Shown here piece by piece: positions 54,196 through 64,000 of a stretch of DNA of 64,000 nt. Both the position numbers and the translations under genes were made by a program. The DNA is from Ophelia neglecta. Lineage: Eukaryota. The stretch is taken from contig OZ260661.1 of assembly GCA_965285935.1 (NCBI GenBank), positions 24,366,001-24,430,000 of the forward strand, given 5' to 3'. A model generated the notes under the pieces. That model searched no databases and was not told the DNA's origin. It saw only the letters and a program-made list of their open reading frames with translations. Position 1 is the stretch's first letter. Every line of letters starts with the position of its first letter.

Positions 54196-54608
54196 TCCCG
54201 GCCCCCCATTTCGCCATTTTAGGGGGTACCCATGCTTGTTCATCACTTTTGAAAACTGACCCCTATCTCAGGAAAGGCACTGAATATTTCACCCCCTTAT
54301 CTCAGGCTATCGCGGGGTTTTTCAGGTTTTTTACCCCCCCCCCCCCCTAACTCAAGCTTGATCATATATCACACCCCTATACTCAGGCGTCAGGAAGCAC
54401 CTAACCCTCTTTTATAGTAACTTCCCAAACTTTTTCTCTGCACATGCTCGTAGAAATACCCCTTTTTTAATTTCTCGGGAGAAAAAACGAAAATGTACCC
54501 CTTCTTCGGGAATTCTCGGGCCCGAGATCAAAGCCCAAAAAGTACCCCTTTTACCGATAAATCGTGAAGGCGCATGCGGCTCACCAAACCAAGGGAGAGG
54601 GGGGGGAG
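54196..54608. repeat. MITE-like repeat with reiterated CCCCT(A/T)...CTCAGG motifs
   Basis: About 8 ACCCCT-containing units between C-rich and G-rich ends. Confidence 0.45.
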
Positions 54609-55275
54609 TCTCGTTGCGGTCGTGGTTGTTTTTCATAGCCTTGCCTATTAAAAAATGGGATATGTAAAGTAGACTTTTCGTTCATAAATATATATCTCCT
54701 ATAGGCCAAGTTTGCGCAGACCAGCAAGCCCAAATTTTTCTCATCACACACTATCTTCACACTGTCAAAACCTTGATGTTTGGATATTCATTTGAACAAG
54801 GTGCCCTCTTTTTTGAACCAACGGCACCCAGCCGCATGAGAACCAGGAAAAGCTGCTCCGGTCACACGTTACAACCTTCCCTAAACTATACTACTCCCTT
54901 CTCCTGATCAGTTACAACTCCCGTTCATTGCCAGCCGTTCTGCTCGTGTATGTATGAATCATAAACAGCGTTCGTGTATCATAAATACCAATACAATATG
55001 TGTTTTCTATAATTCCATAACTGGGTTTGTTTATCTAATTAACATTGTAAAAATCAATACCTATCAAAGGTTAACAAATGTGAGGAGATCACTGTATGAA
55101 AGTTTTGTGTGCAGTTTATTTCATGCGACTTGCAGTACACGTATAAATGTGTCATAGTCAAAGTACAACGAGTATTAAGTATTAAATCAATCGAATTAAA
55201 TTGCCAATATGTCACTGCCCACGAGCAGATTGGAAACACAGTGGAATCTGAAAAAACGGGCCCGGATGGCCGGGG

Positions 55276-55510
55276 CCCGGGTTCAGAAAGTGGTCTTAAG
55301 TTTTGGATTAAACTAGCTATTTCCGATTAGCTGACAAAGTCGTAATCGGTGTTTCCATTGACCTGGATTAAGTTTAAGGCCAAAATGGCTAGGTTAATGA
55401 CCAAATCCAGCTTCCAGAAACCCCGATTAGTAAGTTAAAACGGATTAAGCACTTTAATCCTGATTTTAATCAGTGTTGAGATTGTTGAGACTGCTTCCAG
55501 AAACCGGGCC
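55276..55510. mobile_element. Short MITE-like element
   Basis: Imperfect TIR GGCCCGGGTTCAGAAAG / CTTCCAGAAACCGGGCC. Confidence 0.55.
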
Positions 55511-56361
55511 AGAAAAAATAAATAAACCATTAATCAGATACTGGCAATTTTAAAAAAAAATGAATCCGAAGTCACCAGGATGCATCAGCTGTAATAATAA
55601 GTGTTAATAAGTTAGGATTAATGAGTTTACATTGTTTGCCGGGTATCCCATCACCTTTTTACGTTTTATGAAGCGTATCAATACCTTCGAATTATTTTCT
55701 GCGGTCTATTTCACCTTTTATTTGAAGAATTTATTTGTTTCCGCCAAGGTTTTAATATAGTATGTACATTTGGCAAAAACGGAGTAAAAATGAGACCATG
55801 TCTTTCCAGCTTGTGTTCTGATAAATTGAACTAGTAATTGGTTACAGCAATTGCACTTTGAACCTATTTGGTCGATTTAAGTTGAGTATACGTCTGCGGC
55901 TGTTCAACATAACAGGCTGATTGGCCGCTATCAATTGTGGTTAACCTGTGTTAATGCCATGCGTGGATTAGTCAATAGTTTTTATGTTTTTGGATTTTTA
56001 AAACTTTGTTTTGATGGTCTTTCATATTACAGTAAAACGCGTGCACAATGGCTACCACTCTGAAATGGCCACGTGCCAAATATCACCAGTTTCTTTAGCG
56101 TCATAGAGAGCACAGAATACTGTAAGCCGTTCATGGTTTCACCAACCTCATCACACTAGTGGCAATAGTGCTTGAACTTTTTTGTTGACTGCACTAGGGC
56201 GTTTATGTAATAATATCTGTCACCAGCTAATTATATGTCACATCACAGTATGGTGGCTCCCTATACGCCTTATTAAGCTGTCCTAAGTAAAGTTCTCCGT
56301 CGATAAATCAATGGTTTTTATTTTCAGCCCACATGAAAAGTGTCAACATTTTATTTAGTGT

Positions 56362-56696
56362 CCAAAGAGCACAGAGTACATTTAGCAAAGGTTTGTTTTG
56401 CCTAGTCCCTGTTGACATTCCAACAGCCTGTCCCTCGTCGTGCTTACCATCTGAAAAAATAAACAGTCGGGCTGTTTTGTTTGCTTGACGTCAATCTTCC
56501 ACGTTTTATAAAGAAAATATATATATATTCCCAAAGAGCATAGAATGCATTTAGCTTTTTTTCTTTTCTTTTTCTTTTTGCCTAGCCCCTGTTGACATTC
56601 AAACACACATGTCCCTCGTCGTATTTACCATCTGAACAAATAAACAGTTTTACGTATGCTTGACGTCAATTTTCGACGTTTTATACAGATAATATG
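56362..56696. promoter_or_regulatory. ~165-bp tandem duplication, each unit with a CRE palindrome, upstream of the AChBP-like gene
   Basis: Units start CCAAAGAGCA at 56362 and ~56531; TGACGTCA at 56486-56493 and 56661-56668. Confidence 0.55.
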
Positions 56697-56937
56697 AATT
56701 AACTTTTCTGGCAGTTTAATGATAAACAATATGAGTCAAAAATGTTGTCCTTTCCAGTAAAAATGTTCGCCAATATGATTTTTAGTATAGGGTGCAACGT
56801 ACATTACGATCAAACTAGATCCCTCTTGAAAACAACTGTCGGAAACACCATTTAAAGGGTCGGCTCAGACCTGTTGAGTAACGCAGCACTAACGGAGTCA
56901 ACAGCAGCCGACCACCATTCATTCGTCAGCCACAGCC

Positions 56938-59900
56938 ATGAAGAGTTCAGTGTGTTTGGTCATTCTCCTGGTCGGCCTCATTCCGGTAAGAACCCACTCT
57001 TTATTTCCTAGCTATGCTTGTATCTCTGTAGTTTGGAACTAAGATGTAAATTTTCCAATACCTGTGTGGAAATCCGAGGGTAGCAGAAAATAAACCCTCA
57101 ACCCCATCCCATCTTCCGCCAACCCCATCCATCCAGTGCGACTTATGGATTGCAGTAAGTTCATCAGATACTTTTTAAAATTACCTTAATAATCAAGCCT
57201 GCCTCTTGTTTGTTATCTTTTTTTCGTATAATATATTACCGGCTCTGGTAGTATTGATATCTGTCACAGGGCTGGTGTGATATATTAAATATAGTTCAAC
57301 GTACTGTTCAAAAAACATTTCATAAAAATGTATGTACCAGGAGGATCAAACTATTTCCATAGCATGTGTCATGAAGCTTGATAAGAATTTCAACTATAAT
57401 CAAAAGGTATGAGGTTGCATGATCCTATAAACTCCATGGGGTTATTACAGAAAGAAGGGATAACTTTACTTTTCCTTTTCCTTACACAGAGAAATGCTGT
57501 GGGAAAGAGAAAACCGTCTTCCATCCAGAGTCTAGAAGTGTCTGACAGTCATAAACTGATGACTTATTTGATGGAGAGGATCGCTCTTGTCAACCCCACC
57601 GGCTTGGTGAGACCAGTGCTCAATTCCAGTGAGACACTCCATGTTTCCTTCGGTTTGGCCCTGCTAGGCATAAATAACATAGACCGCGTGTCAGGGATGG
57701 CGGAGTTCCAAGTCTGGGAAAGATTTGTAAGTTTAAGCACTCAATGATTGTAAATAAGTCCTATCTGACCGAGTCCTGAGTAAAACCTATAATGGAGATG
57801 GTCATATAGAAAATATATACTGTTAGGGTTATGGTGAAGAAATATATATGTATATATTGTATGGTTGCTTTTAAGGCATGGAGAGATAGTTTCATGGGCT
57901 GGAATCCAGAGGATTTCGGTGGAATAAGTAATACCCGCGCACAGATGGGAAGGCCTATCTGGACACCCAATTTGATATTGTATAACAGGTAAAACTGGTT
58001 GACTTTAAGCCTCCCTACCAATAGGGCCAGTCGGATATGTTTCATACTGCTGACCAACAACCACTCTTCTTACCTCCAAAGCTGATTGCAATTAAAAGGC
58101 AGTGGTAAGGCTGAGATAAGTGGGGCTACTTTCAGCTGTTCATATGGGAATTTAACATGGTAATGATATTTAAAAGCCCTTACTTAGTGCTTGTTGAAGT
58201 AATCAAAACAAAACTTTCAGGGATGATTAACATTTTAGAGGGCTTTCCATTCAGGTAAATTTCACATTTGTGTGATAGCTACAGGTTTCGCAATGAACAT
58301 GGAACCGCTGCTAATCTGTAGTCTAGCCCCACATTCAAGTGCAGACTATTGGTATGCAGTGCTGTCACCTCCTTGCTAGCAGGCTGAACTAGAATTATTA
58401 CATCATCCCCGACTGACCCTATTGTTTTTAATGTTTGAATTTTTTGTGCTTTGCCAGAAAACATTTTCTGGGTTTACTTAGCTTTTCCAAAGGGGATCAC
58501 CCATCTCGTGTTTCATCACAAATTAAACGTTAATGACTCATCGAATTTCAGCCTTCGGCCATTAAAAAAAGCTGACATATTGTTCGATTCTTACATTGCC
58601 CAAGACTAAAATGATAAGAGAAAATAATGGAAGATTAATTATATTTTATGGTTACTACATTCAGATGTTTCCTCAACAAGAACTTGAACAAATCCTAATA
58701 TTACTAAGTTTACATTTGGAAAATAAACCCTTTATATACATAACTTTACAGTTACTACAATGATCTTTTAACCAATATGATGCCCAACTCGAGTATAAGT
58801 ATACATAACCATCAAGCATTTACAGTAATTCATTTGAAAGCTTTATTTAAAACAATGCTATAAGTATAGTGAAACATGCCTTGAAGACTACCTCTATATT
58901 CACACAACCGGTCAATTCAGACCTCGAATATGAAGATCATACTCCATATTAAATATAGTAAATATTAATTGTAAACTAACTGTCTTAACAGAACACCCCC
59001 ATATTCAGACCGGTATGTTGCAGTCCCTTTGGTGATGTTAATTTACGGGTTTCACTGTATTTTCCTTTGCTTGAATGAGTTTGCTAGTTTAACTCATATT
59101 AATCAAATTTCATTCGCCTTGTTCAATTGCATGCCATAGGGCGTGGACACGTTTATGGTGCTCGTGTGTGGATTTAAAAAGCCGCCTTTTGTGGCTATTT
59201 GTCCTGTTTACTTTGGCGTTTTGTATGTTTTTATTTAGCTGTCTTTATCCTGATAACAAACGTTCTTGAAAACTACCATTTGAATAGTATCATCATTATT
59301 ATAATTAGATGAATTTGCGTCATAATATTTTTTTTTTGGCTTTTTTTGTCACTTAGGCAGGCTCCATAGCCTTAGCAATCATTAAGGATGGTTTTCTCAG
59401 TTGGATTTCACATATTCCATACTCTCATATCGAGTCACTCGGGTATTGCAGCTATTTTGGAATAACTTTTGAATAGCATGAAGTATTATATTTGGTGGCA
59501 AATCTAGGTCAAATTTGGCTGGCTAGTTGTATAAAAAGGTATATCGAACTTCTAAATTATACTTGGTAGATAAACTAAACCAATAACTCACCTACAAAAA
59601 AGAGGGGTTTTCCGTGCTACTTTAATTAGATTCACAGATGTTTTTATGTTAATAGGGTAAATTTGGTAATTTTTGCTCTAAATATGTCATTTAAAGGCAA
59701 ATTGCACTCAAACTGTTAGATGTATTTAAAAAAAGTAGCTTGGGGACCTGCTTCTTTTTTCTTAGTTATGTGTTCAGTATACATTGAAACCTGTGAATAA
59801 AGACCACCAAAATGACGGGATGATACCGGTCTGATTTCGGAGGAGGTCTGTTTAAAAGCATACAGCATGGTTCTCATATTAGTGGTCTGAATTGGCAGGT

Positions 59901-62515
59901 GGTCAGACTATAGAGGTGGACTTTAAGGCAGGTTTCACTGTACATGTATTTTCTAGCAGTGGAAAATAAACCAAATTGGCTGGGTGCATTGTAACTTTTA
60001 AATTCTGACTTGAGTACTGTACCTGCCACTGAAACATATACCATATATATATTGACCATCAGGTATTTTTTAACTTCAATGTGAATAGCTAATAAATGCA
60101 ATAGATTAGGTACTATCGTTTAGTCCAACGCTGTTGATACGTTTAGAATGATTGGCTGTTATAATTTAAGGTTGTGAAACCTGTCTCTAATCACGTTAAC
60201 ATGCCTTATGAAAAACACTATGTTTCTGTTGTTTTCAGTGCTGAAAGTCCAGAGGCGTGCAGCGAGGACATGGTGGGGGTGCTGTACTCTGATGGCAGTA
60301 TATTTTATATGCATCCTACTGTGCGAAAGGTAAACCTACTAATCATAATTTCTATTATTCAATGATAGTTACATCTCAACAATGCAATATATTTTCTGGC
60401 TACTTTTTACTATCCTCTTCGAGATGAAAAATACATGAAAAGGTGTTGGTTTCTCCTACACCGTTCCCTTGAAAAGCGACCCTCTCGCCATCTTGTCTAT
60501 CATAGCCAGGTGAATATTGCTACTTTCGACATGGGGTGAATGAGCTTTGATTTGTTGAAAAAAAAACAGTTAACATCGATAATTCAAGTATGTAATGTTC
60601 TCCATTTTGAAAACAATTTTTGCACGCCGAATCAAAAATTATTAAGATGGCAATACAAGGGACAATATGGTTGGTACAGAATTAAAGAGTGGGTTGTCGA
60701 TTTAACGTTTCAATGGATCTAAAATACCTATAGGAATAATGTGTCATATGAGCAATATTATTAAAAAATATTTAGTGTATATCAATTCAATATTTTATTG
60801 TGCATTAACCTCACATATTAAGATATACTGTTTTCGAGTTCATGATAGGTTAGTGCACTATGCCTTACTGCACTCTCTTTGAGGCTCTGCACTCTATTTG
60901 AGTAAATAACTGTACGGAAGGTTTAGTAGGTCTGACAGTGTACATGTACACAGGATTACACATATGAATATTTATATAAAGTATCGTTTCGATTCGGTAC
61001 TACTACTTCTGCATCATTTTACCGAGCACTACACTTTCGGCAAATTATGTTCACTACACACTGAGGACACCCCTTGTACCGAGAACCCTATATCCCGACT
61101 CAAATGAACTATTTAAAACTGATGTTGAAATAGATTTGATCGATCCACCACGGCTGCTATTCCGTCTTTGTTATCGCCCACAGGCGGCAGCAGGGGGAAC
61201 AGTGCGAAAAGGTGTAGGATATAATATATCAATTTACGTAGGCAGAAAATCATGGTCCTTATGGATCAAAAGTGTCACGTGCGCGAAAAATATATGACAG
61301 TGTCGCGTGACAGGAAAAGGTGGGAATTCTACCTCAAAACAGGCAATTCAGTTAATTCGGTAACGTGGGCGATATTAAAGAATGCATGACGCAAACACCA
61401 AGGCATATGGCAATGAAAGCCGCCAGATCGAATCCAGACGGGTGTTGAAGGAGTCCCGCAGACAGACATTGACAGACGTCAACTCGATCTCATCTATTTG
61501 CCACAATCCAGGAGGTACAGCCAATTATACAAGCCACATTAATTCTGGAGACTTTCAGAAAAAAAAGTTTAAAATCATACGATGCTAGAAAACAGTGTGC
61601 ACAAGCTACTGCTGACGCAGATATTGTCTATGTGTAATTGGTGTGTTTAAAAAAAGGGTGCCTCTAATTGGTTTGTTATGTATGACGTTTGACCTATTTA
61701 AACCCGAAGGCAAGTGACGCTTTTTGCCAGAGCAATTTGTCCCTGGGTGCCGCTGACTTCTGGTGGTGACGTCAATATCGAACGCAGGCCAAGCGTCATT
61801 CGCTTTCTGGGCCAATCAGCGTTCACCATTTGAGCGCGTCACACATGCATAGATTACATATTTGATGCTTCGAGTAGTTTTTTTTTTCGCACAACTAGTC
61901 TCCAGACTTTATGCCACTGGTATAACTAGGCTGAAGTGGAAGCGGACACTCTTGACTAAACAAAGCATTTATTGTTAATACACTGTATATAGGTAAAATT
62001 AAAACATATACTGTTCTCATTGCATTAATTCAAATACATGTAGCTTATATTTGAAGAAAAAAAATTAGGAAAAGAGCCCTTTATATACTAGAAATATGTA
62101 GTGGAATCCAAAACAGTTAGTGTTTATTTTTCAGGTGAGATGTCGAATTGAGGAAGGAGGTATTTTCGACAAGGATGTCGCTCATTGCTCCTTCAAGTAA
62201 GACATTCTGCTCGTATATCTGTCATACAAGATTCCGTATCGTTTTATAGATTAGATCGACTGTGATAACACACATGACATCATACAAAATGTGCCTTTTA
62301 TTCTCTGATTCAGATATGGCACCCGGGTATGGGACGGGTTTAATGTGGACATTGATTTTTATGATGGTTTGGAATCTACTGATCTCAGTGATTTCCCCTC
62401 CGACAACCGATATGGGATTCTGAACAGTAAAGCCAAAAAGAATGTAAAATTCTATCCTTGTTGCCAGGAGCCATATCCTGATCTTACCTTCAGACTAGAG
62501 ATAAATTTGCATTAA
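56938..62515 (+). CDS. Secreted acetylcholine-binding-protein-like protein (nAChR ligand-binding domain only), 250 aa
   Basis: Exons 56938-56985, 57490-57726, 57876-57988, 60239-60329, 62135-62196, 62314-62515; phases compatible, 753 nt. Signal peptide MKSSVCLVILLVGLIP; motifs VRPV, WRD..WNPEDFGGI, IWTPNLILYNS, Cys-loop, FYPCCQEPYPDL; TAA where TM1 would begin. Confidence 0.9.
58867..59057. mobile_element. Tc1/mariner-type MITE
   Basis: TA|TAGTGAAAC...GTTTCACTG|TA; same terminus family as 172-338. Confidence 0.65.
59782..59940. mobile_element. Tc1/mariner-type MITE
   Basis: TA|CATTGAAACCTG...CAGGTTTCACTG|TA. Confidence 0.7.
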
Positions 62516-62609
62516 GAACAATCTGGCCCAACCAAACCCATGTTTAGTGGTTCAAGGTACAATGTAAGAAAAGCTCAAATGATGATTTGATTCGAAATAC
62601 GGCTGTCAA

Positions 62610-62798
62610 GAAGTGTACTGATATGGAGTGTATGAAAAAAGGACGTATACAAGTGTACTGATATTAAGTGCATGAAATACTTATGTATACAAGTGTACTG
62701 ATATGTAACAGTTAGTCTACATTAACACGGATATTCATCTACAAGTGTATTGCTATGTTGTATATCAAACACGGACATCTACAAGTGTGTGGATATGA
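62610..62798 (+). repeat. ~40-bp repeat x5 in the AChBP-like 3' UTR
   Basis: Core TACAAGTGTACTGATAT; AATAAA near 62803. Confidence 0.75.
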
Positions 62799-62866
62799 CA
62801 TAAATAAATATTAGTATCAGTTTATTTAATATATGCTAAAACTATGCACTGTAACTTTTTTGTTTA

Positions 62867-63077
62867 GGGGGCATTCATTATTTACCGTCAGGGGGGGGGG
62901 GGGGCAGCTAACGGAGAGCAACAAAGACAAATCTCAACGGTCTAATGCTAAAAGCAAATAAAAAAATTGCCACCCACAAAATGAGTATTTCGTGGAAAAA
63001 ATATGGGGAAAAAATATCAAATTTGGGCGAGCCCCCCCCCCCCCCCCCCTAGTATAAGTGAAAAGGTTTTGACCCCC
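62867..63077. mobile_element. Harbinger-like MITE remnant
   Basis: TTA|GGGGGCATTCATT start with poly-G, and poly-C with a CCCCC end; layout similar to 39833-40365. Confidence 0.45.
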
Positions 63078-63209
63078 TTTAAACCCTTAAAAAGAGTTCA
63101 AATAATATAACCCCCACCTTCTGGTCTGCACTCTCCCCTGGCGTTAATAATGTCCATATCCTTATCATAATTATAACTGTAAGTCTTGAATGTTGGGCCT
63201 TCGAAAGAG

Positions 63210-63505
63210 AAGCTGACACACAATATGCATAACTTATATTTTCAATAAACAGAAGACACAACATATCATGTGTTTAACTTATATTTTAATGAATAAGCTG
63301 ACACACAATATGATACCTTTAAATTGTATTTTCAATATAACAGGAACACAATATCATATCTTTAACTTATAAATTGATTAACAAGTAGACACACACTATC
63401 ATATCTTTAACTTATATTGATAAACAAACAGACTCACAATATCATAACTTTAGCCTATATGTTTAAGAAATCAGCACACGCAATATCATACCTTTAAATT
63501 ATCTT
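63210..63505. repeat. ~43-bp degenerate minisatellite x7
   Basis: Recurring ACACAATATCATA.CTTTAACTTATA. Confidence 0.75.
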
Positions 63506-64000
63506 TTCCAACGATACATAATTAAAAGAAATTTAATTACACTGAATGCTCGTAAAAAAAAGTCCCTAAATTATCCCGAGAGTAGAGGTACAGTATTTGG
63601 ATGAAAGCTCACGATACTAAATATTCTGTATTCAGAATATTATAATAAACCTATTCAAAGACGAATGTAAACCGGATGCAGTGACACGCCGAATCTACTA
63701 CTCAATCAAATAACGGTCATAAATGTCATGCAAACTAAGCAAGGCAATTATTATATCCGCATCCCCCCCCCCCCCCCCCCCTCCTCAATTTGTACACATT
63801 CAGGAGACCCTTGTGATCCAAATGCTCCACTTTTACATCCATAACATGATAATTATTATTATTTCCTTTTTTTCCCTAATGTTCAAAATGAGCTTGCAGA
63901 ACAAAAAGAAAGAACAATAAAAAAAATTTGTGATAAGCTTAGTTACATATAATTTAGTTAGTTAATAGGAGTGTAGGTCACATAACGTATTTGAAGAGAT

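Noticed and set aside
51500-56300. Coding genes between the SDR array and the AChBP-like gene
   Set aside because: No recognisable ORF or exon chain; only MITE-like fragments.
62610-63505. CRISPR-like repeat-spacer arrays
   Set aside because: Eukaryotic context, degenerate repeats, mutually related linkers and no cas genes; these are minisatellites.
62516-64000. Downstream TM exons of a full nAChR subunit
   Set aside because: In-frame TAA and AATAAA follow the ligand domain and no TM-coding exon is visible; exons beyond the window cannot be excluded.

Overview
Eukaryotic, AT-rich invertebrate DNA, probably lophotrochozoan (inferred from the AChBP/nAChR type). Most of the window is a + strand tandem array of five 7-exon DHRS11-like short-chain dehydrogenase genes. 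Copies 2, 4 and 5 are intact (254 aa); copies 1 and 3 are pseudogenes. The array carries two unrelated envelope-bearing Ty3/Gypsy LTR retroelements, an L2/CR1-type LINE, a solo LTR and many MITEs. The old minus-strand element (3307-14303) has a chromodomain-like integrase tail, an F-type env, an extra ~338-codon ORF after env, and a structure resembling a fossilised aberrant reverse-transcription/integration event. The young + strand element (30567-38209) has 713-bp LTRs with 4 differences, an A_AAA_AAC gag-pol slippery site and an F-type env. After the array lies a 6-exon gene missed by the ORF track. It encodes a secreted 250-aa acetylcholine-binding-protein-like product with no transmembrane domain, a 14-residue Cys-loop and Arg in place of the cation-pi Trp of loop B. 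All calls are from reading by eye; no searches or alignments were run.
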